Shown one piece after another: positions 6,641-15,905 of a stretch of DNA of 39,509 nt. The notes beneath the pieces were generated by a model. That model had not been told where the DNA came from. It was given only the letters and a program-made list of their open reading frames with translations, and ran no database searches. Both the position numbers and the translations under genes were made by a program. This DNA is from an uncultured Pseudobdellovibrionaceae bacterium. Lineage in GTDB: Bacteria; Pseudomonadota; Alphaproteobacteria; UBA2400. How positions within the stretch are numbered: the first letter of the stretch is position 1; each line of letters begins with the position of its first letter. The stretch is taken from positions 1 through 39,509 of the forward strand of contig CAYSDE010000002.1 of the NCBI GenBank assembly GCA_964429685.1, given 5' to 3'.

Positions 6641-8038
6641 TCACCCCTCCAGCATCCGCCGCAACAAATCGACATCCTCGGCGAAGGCGGCATCAGCGCC
6701 TTTCATCTGTTCGATAACTTTGACCGCGTGCATGACGGTGGTGTGGTCGCGGCCACCGAATTTGCGGCCGATTTCGGGCAGGCTGCGCGGGGTCAGCTGT
6801 TTGGCCAGATACATGGCAATCTGGCGCGGGCGGGCGATGGAGCGGGAGCGCCGCGCCGAGGCCATATCAGCCAGCCGGATATTGAAATGGGCGGCGACCT
6901 GACGCTGAATCTCGTCAATCGTAATGCGGCGGTCATGGGCGCGGAGCAGATCCTGCAGCACTTCCTGCGCAGTTTCGAGGCAGATGGGACGGCCCACCAG
7001 CTCGGCATGAGCGACGATGCGGTTCAGCGCCCCTTCCAGCTCGCGGACATTGGAGGTGATTTTGTGGGCGAGGAATTCCAGCACCTTCAGCGGCACATTG
7101 CGGCCCATGCGCTCGGCTTTGCTTTGCAGAATGCCAAGGCGCAGCTCGTAGCTGGTGGGGTGAATATCGGCGACCAGACCCCAGCCGAGGCGCGAGCGCA
7201 TCCGCTCTTCCATGCCGTCAAGGTCGGACGGGCTCTTGTCGGCGGAGATAATGACCTGACGGTTCTGGTCAACCAACGCGTTGAAGGTATGGAAAAACTC
7301 CTCCTGCGTCGCATCCTTGCCGATGATGAATTGCACGTCATCAATCATCAGCACATCGACCGAGCGAAAGAGGTCCTTGAAGGCGTGGGTATTCTGATAA
7401 CGGACCGCCTTGATGAACTGGTACATGAATTTTTCAGCCGATAGATACAGCACCCGGCGCGAGGGGTCTTTGACCCGGATATGATTGGCAATCGCGTGCA
7501 TCAGATGGGTTTTGCCGAGGCCGACGCCACCATAGAGAAAGAGCGGATTGAAAGTGACAGTAGTGGCTTCAGCGACCCGGTGCGCGGCGGCATAGGCCAG
7601 TTCGTTGGGTTTGCCGACAACAAAGCTCTCAAAGGTGAAGCGGGGGTCAAGCGTGGTGGAAAGATCGTCACGCGGGTCTTTGGGCGGAGTGGAGGCTGTT
7701 GCCACCGGCGCCGCCACCTGCAGCGGGCGCTGCGTTACCGAACTGGCTTCAACCGGCGCCGCCTTGCCGGGATCGCTCAGGGTTTCGGCCAGCGTCACTT
7801 CCACCGATTTGATAGCAGGATTTTCGGCGGCCCACAGGGTCGCAAGGCGGTCGGCATAGTTGGTGCGCACCCAGTCGCGCACCACGCGGGAGGGCACGCC
7901 GAGCATCAGCTCACTGCCTTCAAGACCAACCAGAATGAGGGGGCGGAGCCAGTTGCGGTAAGCGGCGTCGCCAACTTCGTCCTTGAGACGTGCGCGAACC
8001 CGTACCCACTGCCCGTCCAATGTGCTGCGCTCTACCAT
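6641..8038 (-). CDS. dnaA: Chromosomal replication initiator DnaA (465 aa from ATG 8038)
   Basis: MVERSTLDGQWVRVRARLKDEVGDAAYRNWL...GGVGLGKTHLMHAI...IDDVQF...GRDHTTVMHA shows the AAA+ and DnaA-box-binding signatures. The upstream 82 codons of the track ORF look non-coding. Confidence 0.93.
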   Translation of the reverse strand: MVERSTLDGQWVRVRARLKDEVGDAAYRNWLRPLILVGLEGSELMLGVPSRVVRDWVRTNYADRLATLWAAENPAIKSVEVTLAETLSDPGKAAPVEASSVTQRPLQVAAPVATASTPPKDPRDDLSTTLDPRFTFESFVVGKPNELAYAAAHRVAEATTVTFNPLFLYGGVGLGKTHLMHAIANHIRVKDPSRRVLYLSAEKFMYQFIKAVRYQNTHAFKDLFRSVDVLMIDDVQFIIGKDATQEEFFHTFNALVDQNRQVIISADKSPSDLDGMEERMRSRLGWGLVADIHPTSYELRLGILQSKAERMGRNVPLKVLEFLAHKITSNVRELEGALNRIVAHAELVGRPICLETAQEVLQDLLRAHDRRITIDEIQRQVAAHFNIRLADMASARRSRSIARPRQIAMYLAKQLTPRSLPEIGRKFGGRDHTTVMHAVKVIEQMKGADAAFAEDVDLLRRMLEG

Positions 8039-8397
8039 GTGCCCTGAACTCCCCGACCTGAAACGACCACCGGATTCACCTTTACCTGTCCCTGTTGAGG
8101 GAACAATTACTGGTAAAGGGGAGGGCCCGATGTTCTCAGGTATTTTGACGCTTTTATAGAGTAACAAGCCCGCGCTGTCTTGAAAATGATGGGCTCCAGT
8201 TCCTGCTTGTACAGCTTGGGGGCAACCTTGGGATTGACCCGGTGAGAGGACAGGCGAAACCTGTCCGGCCCGACGAAAACGCAAAGAAATGACTCAGCCT
8301 GACGCATGACACACTGCTCCCGTTTGTGGCAGGACTCCCGCCACACCGTCAAAACTACCTGACTAGTGCTTCTGCTGTTGCCCGGATCCAGCTGGAC

Positions 8398-8664
8398 TTA
8401 GCTGGCGAGCTTCTTGATGCGCTGGGCGAAGCGCGCCACCTTGCGGGCGGCGGTGTTCTTCTTGACGACGCCCTTGGTCGCGGCCTTCATCAGCTCGGGC
8501 TGACAGGCCTTGAGTGCTTCGGCGGCCACCTTCTGATCCCCTGCCTTGATCGCTTCTTCAACCTTGCGCACATAGGTGCGGACGCGACTGACGCGGTTGC
8601 GGTTGACAGCAGTGCGTCGTTCGGTCTGACGCATACGCTTGGCAGCGGATTTATGATTGGCCAT
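8398..8664 (-). CDS. rpsT: 30S ribosomal protein S20 (88 aa from ATG 8664)
   Basis: [39 protein letters not shown]... is the canonical S20 N-terminus. Confidence 0.92.
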   Translation of the reverse strand: MANHKSAAKRMRQTERRTAVNRNRVSRVRTYVRKVEEAIKAGDQKVAAEALKACQPELMKAATKGVVKKNTAARKVARFAQRIKKLAS

Positions 8665-8683
8665 GAGTTCCTCGTTAATCTCG

Positions 8684-8692
8684 TTATCCACA
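8684..8692 (+). promoter_or_regulatory. Perfect consensus DnaA box TTATCCACA, 20 nt upstream of the rpsT start
   Basis: Exact 9-mer read in tcgTTATCCACAggcc. Confidence 0.5.
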
Positions 8693-9009
8693 GGCCATCT
8701 CTGCCTGTCAGGGGGCGGTTTATAGACTGTCCGGACGGGCCCCGTCAAGTGAATCCGACTCGATTTTACGGGTCTTTTTTATCGCCCGACTCTGCCGCTT
8801 CGCCTTGACCCGCATGATGGGCTGAATCCGCCAGCCAGCCCCAAGGGTTAGGTCAATCGTTAATATCTGCCTCCGAGTCGAAAAAAGAAGTTGCAGAGTC
8901 TGTTTCAGTTTGCAGAAGCGGGCACCGCTACGTATTGTTCTTGAAGTCCCTACCCTGAGAAATGTACATTGGGGGCCCGTTTCAAAATTCAGACAGAAAG
9001 GTTCGCCCC

Positions 9010-9513
9010 ATGAAGGCCCTCATTTCATCACGTGTATCCGCAAATTTTGCTGCTCTGGCTGCAAGTGCTCTTCTGGTCGCTGGTTGTGGCACCGAGGAAG
9101 TAGATCGGCCGTTGCAGATACCGGGCGGTTTTGTTGAAGTTTCCAAAGAGCAGGCCTTAAAGCTCGCTGAAGGTCTTTCGGCGTGTTTCGTGAAAAGTTC
9201 TGTTAGCGACGTTCGCAGCCCTGAATTCCGCCCTCCCTATGGAGGCATGGATATTGAAAAGGAAAGGCTGAGCCTTGAAGATGCTCTCGCCCTTAGTTCT
9301 TCTGATATTGATACATATCGTGATAAAGGAGCAGACTGTCGGGGCCTAGCACAGAAAGTTATCAGTTATAATGCAAAACAGGAGATGAAAGGTTCTCCAG
9401 GATACGTTCTCACACCCGATGGGCGTGTAGCTTTGCTGCTGGTGGATAGAAAGATACTTACCCCTAAAAGTTTCAAGGACGAGGCTAAAGCTAAGGGCTC
9501 TTGTCCAGAATAA
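9010..9513 (+). CDS. Hypothetical lipoprotein (167 aa)
   Basis: MKALISSRVSANFAALAASALLVAGC has the lipobox LVAGC. GAAAGG lies upstream of ATG 9010. GC is lower than the surroundings. Confidence 0.6.
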   Translation: MKALISSRVSANFAALAASALLVAGCGTEEVDRPLQIPGGFVEVSKEQALKLAEGLSACFVKSSVSDVRSPEFRPPYGGMDIEKERLSLEDALALSSSDIDTYRDKGADCRGLAQKVISYNAKQEMKGSPGYVLTPDGRVALLLVDRKILTPKSFKDEAKAKGSCPE

Positions 9514-9546
9514 AGTATCTTACTTACTCCCGGACAGACGCACAGA

Positions 9547-10374
9547 TCACCGCTGCTTGACCGGACACCAGAAGGTTGATCGGCCTGCCTGCGTGAACCG
9601 CTCGACTCCGGTGCGGCAAGTGCAGCCGGGGCAGGGGTGGCCGGTGCGGTCATAGACCTTGAAGGTATGCTGGAAATAGCCGAGTTCGCCGTCTGACTGC
9701 ACATAGTCGCGCAGGGAAGACCCTCCGGCGGCGATGGCGGCGTTCAGCACCGCCTTGATGGCAGCGGTGAGTTTTTTGACTTCCTCAGCGTTCAGACTTC
9801 CCGCAGCGCGGCTGGGGTTGAGGCCAGCCCGGTAGAGTGCTTCAGAGGCGTAGATATTCCCCACCCCCACCACCACGCTTTGACCAAGCAGGGCGACTTT
9901 GAGCGCGGTCTTGCGGCCTTCCAGCTGTTGGGCCAGCCGGGCCGGGGTAAAACTTTTTTCCAGCGGTTCAGGGCCGAGCTTTTGGAAGAGCGGGTGAGAC
10001 TCTTCCTCGCCGGTTTCAACCAGATCAATCAGGCCAAAGCGGCGGGCATCGTTGAAAGTCAGATAGGCACCATCCGCAAAACTGATGACCAGATGATCGT
10101 GCTTCTGCCGCGCTGCCGGGGCATCCGCAATGGTCATGCGGCCACTCATGCCCAGATGGACGATGAGGGTTTTATGCCCGGAGAACCGCAAGAGCAGATA
10201 TTTGGCGCGACGCTCAACCGCCTCCAGCTTTCTGCCTTGGAGAGAGACATCAAGCCGGGCGGGCATGGGAATGCGCAAGCGCAACTGCCCCTGCCAGACC
10301 GAAGCCACTTTCTGCTTCAGCAGCTTGGCGGCGAGGCCGCGTCCAACCGTTTCAACTTCAGGAAGCTCAGGCAT
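9547..10374 (-). CDS. mutM: Formamidopyrimidine-DNA glycosylase
   Basis: MPELPEVETV N-terminus, H2TH region, and C-terminal zinc finger CPGCTC...FWCPVKQ. Confidence 0.92.
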   Translation of the reverse strand: MPELPEVETVGRGLAAKLLKQKVASVWQGQLRLRIPMPARLDVSLQGRKLEAVERRAKYLLLRFSGHKTLIVHLGMSGRMTIADAPAARQKHDHLVISFADGAYLTFNDARRFGLIDLVETGEEESHPLFQKLGPEPLEKSFTPARLAQQLEGRKTALKVALLGQSVVVGVGNIYASEALYRAGLNPSRAAGSLNAEEVKKLTAAIKAVLNAAIAAGGSSLRDYVQSDGELGYFQHTFKVYDRTGHPCPGCTCRTGVERFTQAGRSTFWCPVKQR

Positions 10375-10500
10375 GTCGGCAAATTATACCAACCACCATA
10401 AATAACAACTTTTCGCTACAATGATGTGTGGGATTATTGAACCACAAAACGAAAGGGCCGGAGTTTCCTCCGACCCTTTCTCAAGATTTAACCGCAGAGA

Positions 10501-11310
10501 TTACTTGAAGGAAATCTCGGCGCGGCGGTTTTCGGCCTGCTTGACGCCATCAGCGGTCGGCACCAGCTGGGCACCTTCGCCAAGACCGTTAACATGCACG
10601 TTGCGACCACGGAAGCCGTTGGCGACCAGCGCAGCCTTGACAGCATTGGCACGCGCCATCGAGAGGGCCCGGTTGGCATTGGTGCTGCCCACCGTATCGG
10701 TATGACCGACCACAGCGAACTCGGTGATGTGACGAGCCTTGGCGTCAGCCACGGCCTGCCGGACAATCGCCCGCGCCGCCGAGGTCAGATGCGACGAACC
10801 GAAGTCGAAGAAGACCACATACTTGGCCGGGCCAATCTGGGCCATGGTTTCGTCAAAGGTCTTGCGGCATGAGGAAATATCATCGGGCTGATGATTTTCT
10901 TCCTGCTGTTCCATCCAGCAATCGAAGCTGGCCTGCGCCTTGGCGGCGAGAGCGGGAACGCGGTCACGCGCACCGCCATCAAGCACCTCAACCAGACGGC
11001 CATGGGCTTCGGTAATGTCCGAAACCGCAAACTCCGGCAGATCACGGGTCGCGACTTCATCCGGCAACACCACTTCACCACCCGCTGCGGTCAGACCCTT
11101 GATGGCGTAGTGCTTGCCATCACGATAATCGAGCATCTTGGTCCATTCGAAATTGGCGAGGTCGCGATATTCCGACGCCAGCGCTGCCGTAAAGCCGCCT
11201 GCACCCAGATCCGCCTTGTTCAGATCATCAACATAACCCTGACCGGTAAAACCAGCGCACCCGGTTACCAGCGAGGCCGCCATCAGCAAACCAACATGAA
11301 TCTTTTTCAT
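10501..11310 (-). CDS. OmpA-family lipoprotein (269 aa from ATG 11310)
   Basis: MKKIHVGLLMAASLVTGC lipobox. The C-terminal OmpA-like domain reads VVFFDFGSSHL...VVGHTDTVGSTNANRALSMARANAV...NRRAEISF. Confidence 0.85.
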   Translation of the reverse strand: MKKIHVGLLMAASLVTGCAGFTGQGYVDDLNKADLGAGGFTAALASEYRDLANFEWTKMLDYRDGKHYAIKGLTAAGGEVVLPDEVATRDLPEFAVSDITEAHGRLVEVLDGGARDRVPALAAKAQASFDCWMEQQEENHQPDDISSCRKTFDETMAQIGPAKYVVFFDFGSSHLTSAARAIVRQAVADAKARHITEFAVVGHTDTVGSTNANRALSMARANAVKAALVANGFRGRNVHVNGLGEGAQLVPTADGVKQAENRRAEISFK

Positions 11311-11414
11311 CTTCTTTCCTCCAGCGGACAGGGGATCATCTTGACCAGACAGGTTGCCGCACCGTCCGCCGATGCAGCGAAATCCGACACAGACTTGCAC
11401 GAAATGGTTAAAAA

Positions 11415-12161
11415 TCAAAGAGCCGACCGAGTCGGCACCGCACTATCTATCTGAAATTCTTCACCATGTCGCGGGGAAGACACACCAATTCGGAACAGGC
11501 CAGCCCCTTGAGTCTTAAGCCAGGTACGCTGTGAAGAACTGGCCCCAACCAGTTGATTCACAAGCTTCCAGAAGCGGGGCGAGTGATTAAGTTCCATAAG
11601 GTGAGCGACCTCGTGGGCAATCACATAGCGGGTGACATCCGGGGGAGCGAAAGCCAGCCGCCAGGACAAATGAATCTCGCCACTGGCGCTGCAGCTGCCC
11701 CAGCGCGAGCGGGTATCGCGCAGCTTGATGGCACGATCCTTGACCCCCAGCGCCTGCATCAGGTCGCTGGCCATCACCTGAAAACGACGGCTGGCTTCCA
11801 GCTTCACAAAATCGTGCACACGGCGGGCGAAGAAGTCTGTCTGTCCACCCACCAGCAATTGTCCCGCCCGCAGCACGGGCGCGCCGCGCTGCTGTGAAAC
11901 ATGAACCAACTCGATGTCATCACCGAAAAGCGGCAGGAGGATGCCGGGCGCAAAAGGAACGGCCTGTCCCAGTTTTTCCTGCTGCCGGGTAATCCAGCCC
12001 TGACTGGAGTCGAGAAAGCTTTCGATCTCGCGCCGACTGACGCGCTTCGGCGCCGTCAGCACCGGCTGACCGCTGGCCGGATCAAGCCGCAAACGCAGCC
12101 GCCGCGCCCGGCTATGCTGGCGCACGCTAACTCCGGCAAGAACAAGAGATGAAGGTGCCAT
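11415..12161 (-). CDS. YgjP-like (DUF45/M48-type) metal-dependent hydrolase
   Basis: HEVAHLMELNHSPRFW is the zinc-binding HExxH motif in the characteristic YgjP context. Confidence 0.75.
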   Translation of the reverse strand: MAPSSLVLAGVSVRQHSRARRLRLRLDPASGQPVLTAPKRVSRREIESFLDSSQGWITRQQEKLGQAVPFAPGILLPLFGDDIELVHVSQQRGAPVLRAGQLLVGGQTDFFARRVHDFVKLEASRRFQVMASDLMQALGVKDRAIKLRDTRSRWGSCSASGEIHLSWRLAFAPPDVTRYVIAHEVAHLMELNHSPRFWKLVNQLVGASSSQRTWLKTQGAGLFRIGVSSPRHGEEFQIDSAVPTRSAL

Positions 12162-12387
12162 ACCCTCTCCATAGAGCGGGGCGGCGGCAGAGGCAACAGA
12201 GCAGTTTTATCCCAACAGCTATAATTATGGCTGTCACTCCGGCGAAGACCCAAGACTATCGCATATGGATGTCTCAAATAGGCTCAGCGCACTTTAGAAG
12301 TATGGAAAGACAGAAATCGAATCGTACGGAGTTTCCCTGCGGTCTTGTCAGAGAGACGGGGTTTTATTTTCCAGGTCAGCAAAAAAT

Positions 12388-14004
12388 TCAAGCACCGGTG
12401 CTGTTGCGTTTACTATACGGGCTGGGCGGTTTGAACTCCGGCAGCATCTGCGGTGTTGGCTTTCTGCGTACCGCCGCCGGGGCGGCTTCGGCGCCGAGTT
12501 TTTTCCCGGTGTCCGGATCATAGGCATCAAAGCTCTCACCATTGGGCCGCAGCTCAATATGGGTGAGCCCCGCCCGGTTGGCCTGTCCGAAGGCTTTGTG
12601 AATATCCGCCGTGCCGTTGAAGGTCATCTCGACATTGTCTTTGACCTGCATGGTGACGTTCTCACACTTCACCCGCGAGGCCCTCATCTTGACTGCCGCC
12701 CCGGCATCCAGACCGGTCAGGTCGGCATTCTGCACGATCATCGGGCCTTCAGGAGTAGAGGCATTACGCATGTCAACCCGGGTAAAGGCCGCCCCGGTAA
12801 AGTCAGCCTTGCTGACATCGGCATTGACGGCGCAGTCCGTCCATGTCGAGTTCCGCGCCTCAATGCCCTTCATGTTGATCGGCTGGTCACGGGTGCCAAA
12901 AGTGCTTTGACCGATTTCAGCCCGATTGAGCTTGGCGCCTTCCAGACTGGAGTGCTGGCCGCTGATCTGCAGACTGCCGATCTGGGCCCCTTCCAGATTG
13001 ACCTGCGGTGCCCACAGATTATCAATCTTCATGTTCTGGAGTGAGGCACCGGCAAAATTGGCCCCCTGCATGTTGAGATATTCTGCGCGGATATTGTCGA
13101 ACTTGACGCCTGGCGCTTCGGCATAACTCATGTCGACATTGGACATGCTGGAGTTTTCAAAGCGGGTCTTCTTGTCGCCGACAAAGCCGGCCAGATTGAC
13201 GTTTTCGAAGTGGCAGAGGTTGAAGGTCGCTCCCTTGAGGCCGGCCCCCTGCATGTCCACATTCTTGAACTGGCATTCCTCGAACTTGGCTCCACCCAGA
13301 TTGGCCCCGCGTAGATCGAGGTTCTGGAAATTCATGCCCTTGAATTTAACACCTTCAAGCTGAGCCCCAGCTAGATTGACGGTCTGCTTGGACGGATCGG
13401 TACTGGTGGCCGCTTCTTTCAGCTTGAGTTGAATGAGATGCTCAGCCGATTCCGCCTTGCCCTGCATCAGAACCCGGCCCTCTCCATCGCGAATCTTGAT
13501 GGTAGGCAGGTCTTCCTTGGGATCCCTGGCTTCCATACCCGGACGATCCGGAAAACGGGAGCGCAGTTCGGCAATCTCTCCCTGCACCCGACCCGGATCA
13601 TACTCGGCCAGCTTGGCCATGTTCTCGAAGCGCTTCTCCTGTCTCACCGCGCCGAGCGCGGCGGCTATTCCGCCGACCTGAGGCAGATAAGGCGACAAAC
13701 TATCCGCCCGGGTTTCCTGCGTGACCGCAGCACCCAGCAGATACCACCCCGGATTATCGGGCACATAGCCCCCCCGGCCCGCATTGCCTTCACGATCACT
13801 CCAGTTGATGAAATTGGAAGGAGGACGGCCACCGGGAACGGAAATGTCGCCCCCTGCCAGCGGATGCCCGGCAGCAATATAAGGCACATGTCTCTGCACA
13901 TAAGGCGAGATATAAACGGCAGGAAACTCCTTGGGAGTCGTACGCCCAACCACACCAAACCTGCGGCGCAGCCCGTCAGTTCCACCTAAAATAGAGTACC
14001 CCAT
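12388..14004 (-). CDS. Pentapeptide-repeat protein (538 aa) with unrecognised N- and C-terminal regions
   Basis: About 230 residues (aa ~209-440, nt ~12685-13380) are A(D/N)LxG-type pentapeptides: NLAGAQLEGVKFKGMNFQNLDLRGANLGGAKFEECQFKNVDMQGAGLKGATF... Confidence 0.8.
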   Translation of the reverse strand: MGYSILGGTDGLRRRFGVVGRTTPKEFPAVYISPYVQRHVPYIAAGHPLAGGDISVPGGRPPSNFINWSDREGNAGRGGYVPDNPGWYLLGAAVTQETRADSLSPYLPQVGGIAAALGAVRQEKRFENMAKLAEYDPGRVQGEIAELRSRFPDRPGMEARDPKEDLPTIKIRDGEGRVLMQGKAESAEHLIQLKLKEAATSTDPSKQTVNLAGAQLEGVKFKGMNFQNLDLRGANLGGAKFEECQFKNVDMQGAGLKGATFNLCHFENVNLAGFVGDKKTRFENSSMSNVDMSYAEAPGVKFDNIRAEYLNMQGANFAGASLQNMKIDNLWAPQVNLEGAQIGSLQISGQHSSLEGAKLNRAEIGQSTFGTRDQPINMKGIEARNSTWTDCAVNADVSKADFTGAAFTRVDMRNASTPEGPMIVQNADLTGLDAGAAVKMRASRVKCENVTMQVKDNVEMTFNGTADIHKAFGQANRAGLTHIELRPNGESFDAYDPDTGKKLGAEAAPAAVRRKPTPQMLPEFKPPSPYSKRNSTGA

Positions 14005-14189
14005 ATCCCAACCTCCGCACCGCTCGCGCCAAATGAAAAAGGCTCACAGTTACAGTAGCAAACATTTCTTAAGCAAATTCCAACATTTAAGCTTAAACTT
14101 TAAGCCAGTTTTTTGCTAATTTTCGGGCATATCTTTGATTCCGGGAACAGAATCAGGGAGATGGGGGCAGGGGCGCTATAATAAAAAAG

Positions 14190-15599
14190 TTACTCACCGG
14201 TAGCGATGCGATCGACCAGTTGCTTGACCGTCGGCACAAAACCGTTGGCGTACCACGGATCATCGGCGAAGCGGAAAGCGTTGTGTCCGGCAAACATCAA
14301 CTCATGCTCGCAGTCATCAGTATGGCTGATTGCCTGCAGAGTTTTCTGGATGCAGAAGGAGCGCGGGTCGGCTTTTTTGCCGGTGGTATTGCCTTCATGC
14401 TGCGACCAGTTGGAGAAGGCGCAGGCCGAGAGGCAGCCCATGCAGTTGACCTGATCTTCCAGAATGCGGGCGCCGCTTTCAGGCGTCACAAAAATCAGCG
14501 TGCTGTCGGGGGTGCGCATGCTTTGGGTATAACCCGCCCCCAGCCACGCTTCGGCGCGCAGACGGTCGGAGTGGGTAACATAAACCGGACGACCGCGCGG
14601 GCCGATCTTGAGCTCGGCGGTGTGCTGCCCCACTGCCTCAATCGAGTAGGGAATCTGGCGCTCGGAGCGCTCGGTCAGATCACGGATGAATTCGTTCTTC
14701 ACTGCCGAAGAATAAAAACCGGTCGGCGAGAAGCGCTGCAGATAAATCTCGCCCTTTCTCAGAGTCAGCAGCTTCTTTTTCCAGGCCGCCGAAATCGGGC
14801 TTTCCTGTGTCAGCAGCGGGCGGGTGCCGAACTGGAACGCCACCGGGCCGACTTCGGGGTTATCAAGAAAATGCGTCCATTCCTTCAGCCACCACACGCC
14901 ACCTGCCATAACAATGGGAGTAGCCTGAAGGCCGAATGAATTCATCATCTCGCGCAGTTCCTTGATGCGCGGATAGGGATCTTCCGGCTTCTCGGGATCT
15001 TCGGAGTTGGAGAGGCCGTTATGGCCGCCCGCCAGCCACGGGTCTTCATAGACCACCGCGCCCAGCCATTCAGGAAACTTCTTGTAAGCCCGCAGCCACA
15101 GCGCCCGAAAGGCGCGGGCCGAGGAGACAATGGGATAATAATAGACGCCATAGCGAGCGCAGATTTCGGCCACCTTGTAGGGCATACCCGCGCCACAGGT
15201 CACGCCATGCACCAGACCCGGCGCGCCTTCCAGAATGCCATGCAGCACCCGCTCGCAGCCGCCCATCTCCCACAGGACATTCATATGGATGCGCCCCTGC
15301 CCGTTTGACACTTCATGCGCCTTGCGGGCCTGATGGATACCGCCCTTGATCGAAAAATTCAGCAGCTCTTCGTGGCGCTCCGAACGGGTTTTGCCGTGAT
15401 AGATTTGCGGGATGATGTTGCCCGCTTCATCGGTATAGTCGGCATTCACACCAGAGAAGGTGCCAACCCCGCCCGCTGCCGCCCACGCGCCCGAGCTTTC
15501 GCCAGTCGAAACCGAAATGCCTTTGCCTCCCTCAATCAGGGGCAGCACTTCCTTGCCGGAAATCATCAGGGGTTTAAGGCCGCTCAGCACGTTACACAA
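14190..15599 (-). CDS. Nitronate monooxygenase / NPD-family FMN oxidoreductase (long 469-aa form)
   Basis: LIEGGKGISVS...AAAGGVGTFSG and PIVMAGGVW are TIM-barrel FMN motifs of the 2-nitropropane dioxygenase family. Confidence 0.6.
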   Translation of the reverse strand: MCNVLSGLKPLMISGKEVLPLIEGGKGISVSTGESSGAWAAAGGVGTFSGVNADYTDEAGNIIPQIYHGKTRSERHEELLNFSIKGGIHQARKAHEVSNGQGRIHMNVLWEMGGCERVLHGILEGAPGLVHGVTCGAGMPYKVAEICARYGVYYYPIVSSARAFRALWLRAYKKFPEWLGAVVYEDPWLAGGHNGLSNSEDPEKPEDPYPRIKELREMMNSFGLQATPIVMAGGVWWLKEWTHFLDNPEVGPVAFQFGTRPLLTQESPISAAWKKKLLTLRKGEIYLQRFSPTGFYSSAVKNEFIRDLTERSERQIPYSIEAVGQHTAELKIGPRGRPVYVTHSDRLRAEAWLGAGYTQSMRTPDSTLIFVTPESGARILEDQVNCMGCLSACAFSNWSQHEGNTTGKKADPRSFCIQKTLQAISHTDDCEHELMFAGHNAFRFADDPWYANGFVPTVKQLVDRIATGE

Positions 15600-15659
15600 T
15601 CCTTCAGCTGTTATAGGGGAGTTATAAAGGGGCTTATTCCATTATGCCAGCGGGAATTA

Positions 15660-15884
15660 TCAAGTGAAAACAGGAGGCCGGATTCGCTCAAAGCGGGCAG
15701 GTAGAGTTTCCTCTACCCGTTTCTTGCCCCCTACCTGCCACCTTACAGTCCTGATCTCAATCCGATCAAACCGGCCTTCTCAAATCAAGGCTCGTCTCCG
15801 CAAAGCTGCCGCCTGCACCGTCGAGGCCCTCTGGGCTACCATCGCCACCCTGTTAGCCCCAACTTCTTCGCTAACTTAAGCTAG
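15660..15884 (+). mobile_element. Degraded C-terminal relic of an IS630-family transposase
   Basis: Across shifting frames I read GQVEF-LPPYSPDLNPI-(K)PAFS, then KIKARLRKAAACTVEALWATIATLL, then NFFANL*. This matches the conserved IS630 DDE C-terminal block (LPPYSPDLNPIE..FSKLK). There is no intact ORF. Confidence 0.55.
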
Positions 15885-15905
15885 GCCGTATGATATGGAG
15901 ATTCT

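Noticed and set aside
6641-8284. The track shows a 547-aa dnaA ORF with an 82-residue N-terminal extension.
   Set aside because: The extension (MRFRRAGQVSPVLSPGQSQG...) is low-complexity and non-DnaA-like. MVERSTLDGQWVRVRARL at ATG 8038 matches the usual DnaA domain I start.
8039-8397. The rpsT-dnaA intergenic region, or the dnaA-dnaN region, might be oriC.
   Set aside because: I could find only one consensus DnaA box, and it lies upstream of rpsT. There is no obvious box cluster or AT-rich unwinding element. Alphaproteobacterial origins are often elsewhere. This needs a proper motif or GC-skew scan.
12162-12387. The gap between the YgjP-like gene and the pentapeptide gene contains ccaggtcag and a G/C stretch followed by ttttatttt. 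I considered a 4.5S/SRP RNA or a terminator.
   Set aside because: The SRP domain IV consensus does not continue past ccaggtcag. The putative stem arms (ccctgcggtct / agagacgggg) are not complementary.
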